From Spirochaetia bacterium (lineage in GTDB: Bacteria > Spirochaetota > Spirochaetia > UBA9216), in the NCBI GenBank assembly GCA_963675665.1, contig OY776510.1, positions 992,001-1,056,000 on the forward strand: a stretch of DNA of 64,000 nt, in the 5' to 3' direction. The position numbers and the translations under genes are program-made. Of the stretch, positions 10,824 to 21,088 are shown piece after piece. Below the pieces are notes generated by a model. That model was not told the origin of the DNA. It searched no databases and worked only from the letters and a program-made list of their open reading frames with translations. Position 1 is the first letter of the stretch; every line of letters starts with the position of its first letter.

Positions 10824-10963
10824 TATTCAGGTTAAAATTGATTATTTTCTCTTTTATATGGATTTTACACACCAAAAATGGAAAATATCGCGTTGCGTGA
10901 TGAAAATTTCAAGAATACAATTTTATAAAGATTATTTCATTTGTATAAACAGGAGGATTTTTA

Positions 10964-11983
10964 ATGAAAAAGAGTATTAGTATTTTACTGATATTAGCGA
11001 TTGCTCTAATGTTCGTTTCATGCGGACAGGAAGAAACTGCAACAGATGAAGCGACAAGCGAAAACGTATTGGTAGCGGAACCGGGCGAAAAATATTACAT
11101 GGTAACTTTTGCCGCCGAACACCCGTACTGGGTTGATGTTCTGGATGGATACACTGATGCGCTGAGCCTTTATGGCGCCGAGGTTGAATACACGGGTACG
11201 ATAGGCGCTGATGTTGCCGAACAGGTTACCCTGATTGAGCAGATTATTACAAAGCAGCCCGCAGGAATTGCAATTGCCGCAGCCAACGCAACGGGTATTG
11301 TTCCTGTTATTGAAGAAGCTGTGGAAGCCGGAATCTCCGTTGTAAACTTTGATGCCGCTTCAGCTCCCGCGGAAGGACTGTACGGCTTTATAGGAACAGG
11401 AAACTACCAGGCCGGTGTTGTAGCAGCACACGAAATGGCAACCATTCTGGGTAAAAAAGGAAAATGCGGAGTTATAACTGTTATTGATACGGACTCAACC
11501 AGAAACAGGGGACAGGGTTTTATTGATACAATCACGAATGATTATCCCAATATGGAAATTGTTCAGGTTGCCGACGGGGCTTTTGATCAGCAGATCAGCG
11601 CCGAAGTAACTTCCGCCATGCTTCAGAACCATGCGGACATAGCCGGAATCTTTACTTCTTTTGCAGCCGGCGGTGTCGGTGTTGCGACGGCAGTTGAAGA
11701 AAACGGTATGAAAGGTAAAATCAAAATAATCAGCTTTGATACAAACGCCGGTCTTCTCGACTTAATCAAACAGGGAGATATTTCCGGAACTATGGCTCAG
11801 GGAACCTGGGTAATGGGATGGCAGGCAGGTCATCAGGCCTATTGGCTGCATCATGATTTGCTTCAGCCCAAGCCGAACTGGAAGGCAAACGGTATAGCTC
11901 CGCTGCCTAACAATGTTGATACGGGAATCAGCTTTGTAACAGCCGAAACAGCAGATCTGTATTATCCGGCAAATTCCAAGTAA
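10964..11983 (+). CDS. Sugar ABC transporter substrate-binding lipoprotein (RbsB-like fold)
   Basis: Lipobox FVSC, HPYW, FIGTGNY, IISFD; AGGAGG RBS. Confidence 0.9.
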   Translation: MKKSISILLILAIALMFVSCGQEETATDEATSENVLVAEPGEKYYMVTFAAEHPYWVDVLDGYTDALSLYGAEVEYTGTIGADVAEQVTLIEQIITKQPAGIAIAAANATGIVPVIEEAVEAGISVVNFDAASAPAEGLYGFIGTGNYQAGVVAAHEMATILGKKGKCGVITVIDTDSTRNRGQGFIDTITNDYPNMEIVQVADGAFDQQISAEVTSAMLQNHADIAGIFTSFAAGGVGVATAVEENGMKGKIKIISFDTNAGLLDLIKQGDISGTMAQGTWVMGWQAGHQAYWLHHDLLQPKPNWKANGIAPLPNNVDTGISFVTAETADLYYPANSK

Positions 11984-12012
11984 TTGATAATAAGATTAAA
12001 TTGTTGAATTAT

Positions 12013-12041
12013 AAAGCCTGGCCTGTAAGGTTGGGCTTTTT
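12013..12041 (+). terminator. Stem-loop after the binding-protein gene
   Basis: AAAGCCTGGCCT-GTA-AGGTTGGGCTTT followed by a T run. Confidence 0.6.
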
Positions 12042-12069
12042 ATTACGGAAGATATGAGAGGATCTGAAA

Positions 12070-13560
12070 TTGAATAGCGAAGTTATCCTTAAAGTAGAGA
12101 ACATTACAAAGAGCTTTCCCGGAATGAAGGCCCTGGATAATGTTCATATTGAAGTCCGGAAAGGTGAAGCCCTGGCTCTGGTCGGAGAGAACGGCGCCGG
12201 GAAATCAACGCTCATGAATGTAATTTCGGGAGTACATAAAGAGGACGAAGGAAGCATATATTTTGAAGGAAACAGGGTAAGTGTTAATAATCCCAGAGAA
12301 GCCCAGGAACTGGGGATCGGGTTTGTGCATCAGGAATTGAGTTTGTGTAATCATGTATCTGTTGCCGAAAATATATTTATGTCCGGGGAAGCTTCCGGTC
12401 TTTTTTTGAATAGAAATGAAATCAATAAAAAATCTGATGAACTGCTCAAAATGTTTAACGTAAATTTCACAGGAAGCGATATTGTCGGCAATTTAAATGT
12501 TGCCCAGCAGCAGATAGTTGAAATCATAAAAGCGCTCAGCATTAATGCCAAGCTCCTTATTTTTGATGAACCGACAGCTTCTCTTACGGAGAATGAGATA
12601 GACGAACTTTTTAAAATAATTAAAGAATTGAAAAAGAACGGAATGGCCATTTTATATATCAGCCACAGATTGGCGGAGATTTTTGAAATATGCGAAAATG
12701 TAACCGTTTTAAAAGACGGCAAGTATGTGGACACGTTCAGGACCAACACCATTACAACGGATAAAATTGTAAACGCAATGGTCGGAAGAGATATTGAGAA
12801 TCTTTATCCGTATAAAGCCACCGATATCGGTGAGATAATTTTTGAAGTTAAAAACATGTCGTCGGAAAAAAGATATCAAAATTGCAGTTTTGAACTTAAG
12901 AAAGGCGAAATTTTGACTTTTTACGGTCTGGTAGGTTCCGGTAGAACAGAACTGATGCGTGGTATTTGCGGGATAGATAAAAGAGTTTCCGGAGAGATAA
13001 TTCTGGACGGAAAGGAAATTTACAATACCACCTATATTGATTCCATAAAAAACGGGATCGTATATATTACTGAAGACAGAAAGGACGAAGGCCTGTTCCT
13101 TGGAATGAGCATTCAACAAAATATTTCGATTGTCGTATTAAAAAAGATTTTAAAAGGCCTCTTTTTAAATAAAAATATTGAACGAAAGATAGCCAGAAAC
13201 TATATCAAAAAATTAAACGCAAAGGTCACAGATGTAGAGTTTTCAGTTGAAACTCTTTCGGGCGGTAACCAGCAAAAAATAATGATCGGAAAATGGCTGG
13301 CATCGGAACCAAGGCTTATTATCATGGATGAGCCGACAAGGGGGATTGATGTCGGGGCGAAATTTGAAATCCACCGCATGATTAGAGGACTTGCTGAAGA
13401 AGGAATCGGTATTATTGTAATTACTTCCGATTTGCCCGAAGCAATCGGTCTCAGCGATAGAATTATCGTCATGAAGGAAGGCGGCATTAACGGTGAGATA
13501 ATAAGTCCGGAAGATATGACTGAAGAGAATGTAATATCCTGGGCTTCACATACGGATTGA
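12070..13560 (+). CDS. Sugar ABC transporter ATPase (two NBDs, RbsA-like)
   Basis: GENGAGKST, FDEPT, LSGGNQQK, DEPTRGIDVGAK. Confidence 0.95.
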   Translation: MNSEVILKVENITKSFPGMKALDNVHIEVRKGEALALVGENGAGKSTLMNVISGVHKEDEGSIYFEGNRVSVNNPREAQELGIGFVHQELSLCNHVSVAENIFMSGEASGLFLNRNEINKKSDELLKMFNVNFTGSDIVGNLNVAQQQIVEIIKALSINAKLLIFDEPTASLTENEIDELFKIIKELKKNGMAILYISHRLAEIFEICENVTVLKDGKYVDTFRTNTITTDKIVNAMVGRDIENLYPYKATDIGEIIFEVKNMSSEKRYQNCSFELKKGEILTFYGLVGSGRTELMRGICGIDKRVSGEIILDGKEIYNTTYIDSIKNGIVYITEDRKDEGLFLGMSIQQNISIVVLKKILKGLFLNKNIERKIARNYIKKLNAKVTDVEFSVETLSGGNQQKIMIGKWLASEPRLIIMDEPTRGIDVGAKFEIHRMIRGLAEEGIGIIVITSDLPEAIGLSDRIIVMKEGGINGEIISPEDMTEENVISWASHTD

Positions 13561-13584
13561 TTTTAGTTTCAGAGGGGTAGAATA

Positions 13585-14550
13585 ATGATGATAAAGAAAA
13601 ATAATTTAACTAAAATTATGGAGTACAGAGAGTTTAACATCCTTGCTCTTGTTCTGCTTGTCGGAATAATACTTGGCTTCGCAACCAGAAACTTTGCTAC
13701 AAGCAGAAACTTCATGACTTTGGGTATAGGTATATCTGTAGATATAATCCTGGTTATCGGTATGACGATGGTCCTTGCAACAGGGGGCGTTGACCTTTCT
13801 GTTGGAGCAATACTTGGAATATCATGTATGGCGGCCGGTTACTTCCACGTTAATATGGGTGTAAATATCTGGTTGTCGAGTCTGTTTGCTATCGGGATAA
13901 GCGCTGTTTTGGGCGCAATAAACGGATTCATGATAGGCAAGGTCAAGATTACGCCGCTTATCGTTACGCTGGCCATGATGGGTATGGCAAGGGGTTTAAT
14001 CTACGTCGTAACAGAAGGAGCAACCGTTGCCGTAAAAGATGCCCCCAAGATCTTTAAGATGCTTGGAAAAGGCGATTTAATGGGAATCCCCGTCATAATA
14101 ATTATTGCCGTCGCCTTTGTCGTGGTGTTTGATATCGCCATGAGAAAGATGATGTGCTTCAGAAAGATGTATTATGTCGGCAGCAATGAAAAGGCGGCAG
14201 TTCTTTCAGGCGTAGATGTATTTAAAACAAAAATGCTTACCTATATTTTAAACGCTGTTTTATGCGGAATTGCCGGTGTTCTGACACTGTCAAGGTTTAC
14301 CGTAGCAACGCCCAAGGCCGGTCTCGGCGCAGAGATGAGGATAATATCCGCATGTGTTATCGGCGGATCGAGTTTGAGCGGCGGCGTCGGTACCGTTCTG
14401 GGATCCGTTGCGGGTTTGATTCTTCTGTCAATTGTCAATAACGGCCTGATATTGCTTGATGTATCAATATACTGGCAGGATTTTATCAACGGGGCAATTT
14501 TATTGCTTGCGGTAACAATCGATAAACTGAGCAGCAAGGAAAGAATCTGA
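13585..14550 (+). CDS. Sugar ABC transporter permease (RbsC-like)
   Basis: GGVDLSVG, GSNEKAAVLSG, VIGGSSLSGG. Confidence 0.93.
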   Translation: MMIKKNNLTKIMEYREFNILALVLLVGIILGFATRNFATSRNFMTLGIGISVDIILVIGMTMVLATGGVDLSVGAILGISCMAAGYFHVNMGVNIWLSSLFAIGISAVLGAINGFMIGKVKITPLIVTLAMMGMARGLIYVVTEGATVAVKDAPKIFKMLGKGDLMGIPVIIIIAVAFVVVFDIAMRKMMCFRKMYYVGSNEKAAVLSGVDVFKTKMLTYILNAVLCGIAGVLTLSRFTVATPKAGLGAEMRIISACVIGGSSLSGGVGTVLGSVAGLILLSIVNNGLILLDVSIYWQDFINGAILLLAVTIDKLSSKERI

Positions 14551-14585
14551 AACTAAAAATACATTCATGTATTTTTAGTTTTTTG
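14550..14585. repeat. Perfect inverted repeat (15-bp arms); terminator or REP-like element
   Basis: AAACTAAAAATACAT-TC-ATGTATTTTTAGTTT followed by T's. Confidence 0.55.
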
Positions 14586-14692
14586 AAGTATCACAGGCTA
14601 TGCTTGTAAAACTTCACACGCCATTACTTGCCTTCTAAGCTGCAACGCAGCTTTCGGCAGGATTTCAGGAGAGTTTTTTACAGGAGGAAAAA

Positions 14693-15682
14693 GTGGAACA
14701 GAGGAAAATCGGGAAATCGGAAATATATACTTCCAAAATATGCCTCGGCGCATGGGCCATCGGCGGCGGTCCATGGTGGGGAGATTCGGATGATAAGGAA
14801 TCTATAAAAGCCATACACGCGTCAATTGATTCGGGTATAAATTTTATTGATACCGCTCCCGGCTATGAATGGGGGCACAGCGAGGAAGTTGTCGGCAAGG
14901 CAATCAAAGGCCGGAGAGACAAGGTAACAATATCCACCAAGTGCGGTCTCTGGTGGCAGACGGAAGAAGGGCAGCCGCATTACGTGCAGAAGGGAATTAC
15001 CGTGCGCAAATGCCTTAAGCCTTCCACAATGAGAATAGAACTTGAGAACAGCCTAAGGCGTCTTGGTACCGATTATATCGATCTTTATATTACGCACTGG
15101 CCGGAAACCGGGGATGATGCGACCCCGATTTCCGAGACGATGAACTGTTTGATGGAATTCAAAAAAGAGGGAAAAATCAGGGCAATCGGCGCCTCAAACA
15201 CCTCGCTTGATATTATTCGAGAGTACTCGAAACACGGACAGCTTGATGCTATTCAGGAGCGCTACACCATGCTCGACAGGCGTCTTGAGCCTGAATATAT
15301 CGATCTCTGTGAAGAACTCGATATCAGTATTATGGGGTATTCCACTATTGAGCAGGGTCTTTTGTCCGGCAGGATAACCATGGAGACCGAGATAGATGAT
15401 GAAGCCTTCCGGGCCATGCTGCCGTGGTACAAGGCTGAAAACCGCCGGAAGGTTCTTGATATGCTCGGTAAATGGGAAGATCTCTGTAAAAAATATGATG
15501 CAAGCCTTGCCCAGATCGTTGCCGCCTGGACCGCCGCCCAGAGGGGCATTACGTTTCCGATTGTCGGCGCGAGAAAAATCAGGCATGCGGAAGAAAATGC
15601 CGCGGCAGGAGGTCTTAAACTTTCTGATGAAGATATTCTGCTTATGAGGAAAGATGTAGAAGCCCTCGGAGAGCCGTCGTAG
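14693..15682 (+). CDS. Aldo/keto reductase (YdjG-like)
   Basis: LGAWAIGGG, IDTAPGY, STKCG, SLRRLGTDYIDLYITHWP. Confidence 0.92.
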   Translation: MEQRKIGKSEIYTSKICLGAWAIGGGPWWGDSDDKESIKAIHASIDSGINFIDTAPGYEWGHSEEVVGKAIKGRRDKVTISTKCGLWWQTEEGQPHYVQKGITVRKCLKPSTMRIELENSLRRLGTDYIDLYITHWPETGDDATPISETMNCLMEFKKEGKIRAIGASNTSLDIIREYSKHGQLDAIQERYTMLDRRLEPEYIDLCEELDISIMGYSTIEQGLLSGRITMETEIDDEAFRAMLPWYKAENRRKVLDMLGKWEDLCKKYDASLAQIVAAWTAAQRGITFPIVGARKIRHAEENAAAGGLKLSDEDILLMRKDVEALGEPS

Positions 15683-15723
15683 TTTACACAGGAAAATTTC
15701 ATGTTTAAAGAGGAGCTGGAAAA

Positions 15724-17295
15724 ATGACTGATCCGGAAAAGAAATACTTTATGGTTATAGATATAGGCTCAGGAAGCGGCCGTTCTGTTCTTTTTGATAC
15801 AGCAGGCAGCGTTGTAGCGTCTTCCCAACAGGAATGGCTGCCTGAAACCGATCCCCGGTATCCCAACTCACAGGATTTCGATACTGAAACTGCAAGAAAG
15901 GTGATTGCGTCAACAATAAAGGATGCTGTCGGGAAATCCGGAGTGTCGCCGAAAGATATTGAGGTGGTTACGGCGACCTCGATGCGTGAAGGGATGGTTC
16001 TTTACGACAAGGATAAGAAAGCTATATGGGCATGCACTAATGTAGATGCACGGGCTGATGAAGAAGTTATTGAAATGATTCAGGAAGGCCTTGCTGAAGA
16101 TATTTACAATGAAGGCGGCGACTGGCTGAATGTTATCAGCCCTGCAAGATTCCGCTGGATAAAGAAACACGAACCTGAAATCTATGAAAAAGTCCGCTAT
16201 GTCAACATGATAAGCGACTGGTATTTATTCATACTGTCAGGTCTTATTGTAACGGAACCTACAATTGGATCCAGTTCCGGAATATTTGATTTAAAAGAAC
16301 GGACCTGGTCAGACAATATTATCTCGAAGGCTAATCTGCCGAAAGGTATTTATCCGCCAGTTATTGAATCGGGAAATATTATAGGGGAGATTACAGCTGC
16401 TGCGGCCGTAGAAACCGGTTTGGCTCCGGGCACAAAGGTCGCTACAAGCGGCGCAGATACCCAGATGGCGCTTGTCGGCGCAGGGGCTGTAACCCCGGGT
16501 GTGTTTACTGTCTGCGCCGGAACATTCTGGCAGACTGCTCTTACAACGGATTATGCTCTGATAGATCCGGAATACCGGCTGCGCACCCTGTGTCACGCTG
16601 TTCCGGGAAAATGGATGACGGAAGGAATTGGTTTTTATCACGGATTCAGCATGCGATGGGTCAGAGACGCATTATGCCGGGAAGAAAAAGCTGCCGCTGA
16701 AAAGACCGGCGAAAGCGCTTTTACGCTGATGGAGCGGCTTGCGGAGAAGATACCGGCGGGATCAAACGGGGTGTATGCCACATTTTCAAACATCATGAAT
16801 TCTAAAAAATGGGTGCATTCGCCTCCCGCCTTAATCGGCTTCGATCTTCTCAACCCCGAGGCTACCGGAAAAGCAGCCGCGATACGCGCCGTCATGGAAG
16901 GGGCTGCATATGTAACACGGGGTCATCTTGAAATACTTCGTGAAATATCGAATATTGAATATGACAGAATTACACTGGTGGGGGGCGCTTCCAACGGCTT
17001 TCTATGGCCGCAGATAATTGCCGATGTTACAGGGGTTCCCGTCCGGATCCCAAAGGTCAAGGAGACCACGGCATTCGGAAGCTATATCTGCTGCAGAAAA
17101 GCCATAGGTGATTATGATTCATGGAACAAAGCTACAGAGGAAGCTGTTTCCTGGGAAAGAACTGTCGAGCCGGACAAGAATAACGTTGAGGCTTACAATC
17201 AGCACTTCGATAAATGGAAACGCGTGTACAGCTACATGGTTAAGTTATCAGAAGACAATATTCTTCCCGCGCTGTGGAAAGCCCCCGGTGTGTAA
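15724..17295 (+). CDS. lsrK: Autoinducer-2 kinase-like FGGY kinase
   Basis: IDIGSGSGR, TSMREGMVLYD, IWACTNVDARA and C-terminal LWKAPG resemble LsrK signature segments as I recall them. Confidence 0.78.
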   Translation: MTDPEKKYFMVIDIGSGSGRSVLFDTAGSVVASSQQEWLPETDPRYPNSQDFDTETARKVIASTIKDAVGKSGVSPKDIEVVTATSMREGMVLYDKDKKAIWACTNVDARADEEVIEMIQEGLAEDIYNEGGDWLNVISPARFRWIKKHEPEIYEKVRYVNMISDWYLFILSGLIVTEPTIGSSSGIFDLKERTWSDNIISKANLPKGIYPPVIESGNIIGEITAAAAVETGLAPGTKVATSGADTQMALVGAGAVTPGVFTVCAGTFWQTALTTDYALIDPEYRLRTLCHAVPGKWMTEGIGFYHGFSMRWVRDALCREEKAAAEKTGESAFTLMERLAEKIPAGSNGVYATFSNIMNSKKWVHSPPALIGFDLLNPEATGKAAAIRAVMEGAAYVTRGHLEILREISNIEYDRITLVGGASNGFLWPQIIADVTGVPVRIPKVKETTAFGSYICCRKAIGDYDSWNKATEEAVSWERTVEPDKNNVEAYNQHFDKWKRVYSYMVKLSEDNILPALWKAPGV

Positions 17296-17338
17296 ACTGA
17301 AATATTATATAAGATGATGACCTGTCAGCAGCTTGCAG

Positions 17339-17370
17339 ACGGATGAGGAGCTTGTTTCCTCATCCGTTTT
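17339..17370 (+). terminator. Rho-independent terminator
   Basis: ACGGATGAGGA-loop-TCCTCATCCGT then TTT. Confidence 0.75.
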
Positions 17371-17422
17371 CAATATAAGCAACTTCTATGTTATCTCTAA
17401 ATAAAACATATCCGGAGAACCC

Positions 17423-18328
17423 ATGACAGTCATCGCCTTAGCATTGTTGTTTATTTCGTCAATTCTTCATGCAGGCTGGAATCTTTTTACGAAAGGCCGC
17501 AAGTTGGGGATTGATGTCTTTATGATTTCCTTCCTGTTCGGCAGTGTCGCTTTTTTGCCTTTAATTATTATTTTAAATTCGAGCAGCCTGTTCAGTTTAA
17601 TCACAAGGCGGTTTATTTTATATGTGCTTGTATCCTCTCTTTTTCAATCTGTTTATCATATAGCGCTTGTTAAAAGTTATGCGAAACAGGATTTGTCATT
17701 TGCCTACCCGTTGATTAGATCCTTGCCTGTTTTATTAATTGCTTTAATACAGTTGTTATTTTTTAAAGTGATGTTGAGCCCCTTTGTTTTTACGGGAATA
17801 TTTCTGATTATTACAGGATCCATACTTTTGCCTGTTCATAATTTATTTAATAAAAAAACTGTATTGAGAATAATCCATTCGTATCACATATATATTTTTC
17901 TTGCCGCATTCGGAACGGCAGGCTATACCCTTATTGATGCAAAAGCCCTGTCGTTAATGTCGGAACTGGTCCCGGAAAATCCGATTCTGATGAACGCTTT
18001 TATATGGTCTGCATTGCAGAGTCTTGTCGATTTTATATTTTTATTATTCTACATGCTTATAACAAAAAAAGACCTCAGTATTGTATTTAAGAAAATTGAT
18101 TGGCGTTTTGGGCTTTTTATAACCATTGTTATGAATTTAACGCATTTACTGGTTCTGGTTTCAATGTATTTTGTCAGGGATGTGAGCTATGTAGCTGCCT
18201 TCAGACAGATTAGCATACCTATGGGAGCTCTTTTCGGGTTTATTTTTTTGAAAGAAAAACCCCATAAATATCGGGTTATAGGAGTGACCTCCATTTTTAT
18301 GGGGCTCGTCCTTGTAGTTTTAACATAA
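17423..18328 (+). CDS. EamA/DMT family transporter
   Basis: LHAGWNL, DLSFAYPL, YVAAFRQISI; about 10 TM helices. Confidence 0.88.
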   Translation: MTVIALALLFISSILHAGWNLFTKGRKLGIDVFMISFLFGSVAFLPLIIILNSSSLFSLITRRFILYVLVSSLFQSVYHIALVKSYAKQDLSFAYPLIRSLPVLLIALIQLLFFKVMLSPFVFTGIFLIITGSILLPVHNLFNKKTVLRIIHSYHIYIFLAAFGTAGYTLIDAKALSLMSELVPENPILMNAFIWSALQSLVDFIFLLFYMLITKKDLSIVFKKIDWRFGLFITIVMNLTHLLVLVSMYFVRDVSYVAAFRQISIPMGALFGFIFLKEKPHKYRVIGVTSIFMGLVLVVLT

Positions 18329-18334
18329 ATTAAT

Positions 18335-18958
18335 TTATATCCAGCCGAGCGGAATAAAGACCAGAAGCATAACAAGATCCAGAAGGAACAGCCCTCCGAT
18401 GAATATCCGTCTCGGTTTCGGTTTTGCGTCATAACAGAGAAAAGCCGCCAGGAAGAAGGGAATATAAATAATTATCCAGACAGTCAGCATTCCCCACCAC
18501 GGGTATACCCAGTGAAAGATCGGAGAAGCCGCCAGCGGGACTTCGATCAGCGCTACGATAAATGCATTCAGTACAATAAAAAGGATCCTGTTATTTATAC
18601 CGAGGATTTTCATTTTTTTATCTTCGGGCAGCAGTTTTGACATGATGAGTCCGGCAACAGAAAACATGAAGCTGATTTCTATCCCCACTCCAATCAGAAT
18701 GACGAAAGCCGTTCCTCCGCTTGCCGTCCATAGCGCATGGCCGGAGAAATGCTGTATGAGCGAATTGACAATTTCAACAAACCAGTGCACGGCATAAAGG
18801 GCAAGCCCGGCGGCAATCTGGTTCCATTTTTTCTGTTCGATAGCTGTTCCGTATACATAGAGAACAAAAGCCAGGAATACAACAATATTCCAGTTAAGGT
18901 TTTTCAGACTTCTAACCACTTCCAGGGTCTGGGCTGTTATTTCAGGTTGATTCAGCAT
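18335..18958 (-). CDS. Hypothetical integral membrane protein
   Basis: 207 aa, multiple hydrophobic segments, GGAG RBS. Confidence 0.75.
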   Translation of the reverse strand: MLNQPEITAQTLEVVRSLKNLNWNIVVFLAFVLYVYGTAIEQKKWNQIAAGLALYAVHWFVEIVNSLIQHFSGHALWTASGGTAFVILIGVGIEISFMFSVAGLIMSKLLPEDKKMKILGINNRILFIVLNAFIVALIEVPLAASPIFHWVYPWWGMLTVWIIIYIPFFLAAFLCYDAKPKPRRIFIGGLFLLDLVMLLVFIPLGWI

Positions 18959-19311
18959 ATCATCATCTCCTTTTTTTTATATTATACTCCGCCTTTAAAC
19001 GCTTTGTCCCTGTTTATTTTCCGGCCGGAGTAAGAAGAAATCCGTTTACCAGGAATTTTCCGCTTGATTAAAAAAAAGAGTTCCGGTTTGGTATCTGTTC
19101 TGACAGTATATCTGATTTAGGAAGCAGTATGCTCAAAGATTATTTAAGTCGGAGCCCGAACTGATCATTCAGGATGCACTTTGTTCATTGGATTCTATTA
19201 TGAACAAACTTTCCGTCAGAAAGTAATTGACCTGAGGAACTTTTTCATATATTAAATACTCACAATAATAGGTTATACTAATCATTGATATAAATTTATG
19301 AGGAAGATTCT

Positions 19312-20589
19312 ATGATGAATGCACAGTTAAAACTGGGAGATCGTAATTTTGAACTGCCTGTTGTAACGGGTTCAATGGGAGAACAGGCGGTAGATATTAC
19401 AAACCTGAGGAAAGAAAGCGGGTTTATCACCCTGGACAGCGGTTATCAGAACACAGGAAGCTGTAAAAGCTCCATTACGTTTATTGACGGCGACAAGGGA
19501 ATTCTGAAATATCGCGGTGTGGATATCCAGGAACTGGCTGAAAAGGCAAGATTCACCGAAGTGGCTTATTTTCTCATACACGGGAAATTTGCGAACAGGG
19601 AAGAACAGTCTGAATTTTCCCAGCAGCTCACCGAGAACTCAATGCTTCATGAAGATATGATAAAATTTTTTCATTCGGTTCCTCCTACAGCTCACCCCAT
19701 GTCCATTTTAAGTACCATGGTCAACGCCATGAGTATCTTTTATCCCCAGTATTTTGTTGATGAACAGGACAATACAGTATATAAACTGATGGCATCAAGA
19801 CTTATATCCAAAATCCGGACTATAGCCGCCTTTTCCTATAAACGATCAATTGGAGAACCTCTGGTTTATCCGCGCCATGATCTTCCTTACTGCAGTAATT
19901 TTCTTAATATGATGTTCGACAGCCCGGTCAAGCCCTATGTAATTGATCCTGAAACCGAAAGATTGCTCAATTTGATTCTGATCCTTCATGCTGATCATGA
20001 ACAGAACTGCAGTACTTCGACTGTTCGACTTGTCGGAAGTTCAAAGGTAAATCTTTACTCTTCAGTCTGCGCAGGTATCTGTGCGCTGTGGGGGCCGCTT
20101 CACGGCGGAGCAAACCAGGAAGTGATTGAAATGCTGGAACATATCAAAAGAGAAAACTTATCAGTGCAGACCGTTATCGAAAAATCCAAAGACAAGAACA
20201 GCGGGTTTAAACTTTCAGGATTCGGACACAGGGTTTACCGTAATTTCGACCCCAGGATGAAAATATTGAAACGGGAAGCGCAGTCCTTTCTCAGTAAAAG
20301 ATCGCTCGATGATCCTCTGATGAACATAGCGCTCGAGTTGGAAGAAGCCGCTTTAAAGGATGAGTATTTTATTGAACGAAAACTATACCCAAATGTGGAT
20401 TTTTATTCGGGAATTTTATACAGAGAAATGGGATTTCCTACTGAAATGTTTACTGTGCTTTTTGCCATGGGACGTATGCCCGGCTGGATAGCGCAGTGGA
20501 AAGAGATGCACGACAGTGTGCCGTTTAAAATTGGACGGCCCAGACAAATCTATATCGGACCTGCTGAAGCAAAATATCCGGAAAAATAA
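19312..20589 (+). CDS. gltA: Citrate synthase
   Basis: HADHEQNCST, WGPLHGGAN, GFGHRVY, YPNVDFYSG, RPRQIYIG. Confidence 0.97.
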   Translation: MMNAQLKLGDRNFELPVVTGSMGEQAVDITNLRKESGFITLDSGYQNTGSCKSSITFIDGDKGILKYRGVDIQELAEKARFTEVAYFLIHGKFANREEQSEFSQQLTENSMLHEDMIKFFHSVPPTAHPMSILSTMVNAMSIFYPQYFVDEQDNTVYKLMASRLISKIRTIAAFSYKRSIGEPLVYPRHDLPYCSNFLNMMFDSPVKPYVIDPETERLLNLILILHADHEQNCSTSTVRLVGSSKVNLYSSVCAGICALWGPLHGGANQEVIEMLEHIKRENLSVQTVIEKSKDKNSGFKLSGFGHRVYRNFDPRMKILKREAQSFLSKRSLDDPLMNIALELEEAALKDEYFIERKLYPNVDFYSGILYREMGFPTEMFTVLFAMGRMPGWIAQWKEMHDSVPFKIGRPRQIYIGPAEAKYPEK

Positions 20590-20712
20590 AAAGCTGCTTC
20601 AGCAGATGTTCCGCCGTCAGTCCCGTTTACCGACTAAAAAATTGGGAAATTGTTTTGAAACGCTTCTGCTTCCCGGATTGACTTTTTTACGGTATTAGAG
20701 GAACATTCTTTT

Positions 20713-20958
20713 ATGGCTAAAATATTCGAATTCAAGAAACCGGAAGAACCAAAGAAAGATAAATCGTGTTCATGGTGTCAGCACAGGAATACACACCCTA
20801 TGGATCCGCCCTGCGACAAGTGCAAGTGGTACGATCGCGATACTGTTTTTGATTTGGAGGTTGTCGGAGAAGGTGTTGTGAAGGTCAGAAAAGAGGTTGA
20901 TCCCGATACCTTTGAAATAAGATTTATACCTGCTGAAGAGACTGATATCGATTTCTGA
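20713..20958 (+). CDS. Small hypothetical protein with two CxxC motifs
   Basis: CSWC...CDKC, acidic C-terminus, GAGG RBS. Confidence 0.65.
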   Translation: MAKIFEFKKPEEPKKDKSCSWCQHRNTHPMDPPCDKCKWYDRDTVFDLEVVGEGVVKVRKEVDPDTFEIRFIPAEETDIDF

Positions 20959-21088
20959 ATTCCAGGGAATAAAACTGTACGTTATATCCATAGATGCAAT
21001 CAGGTATGCAGGCCTGGAGGTAATGAGTTATGGAAATAATGGAATATAGCAGGCTCATTAATCCGGAAAACCCCGGGGAAATAATAAA

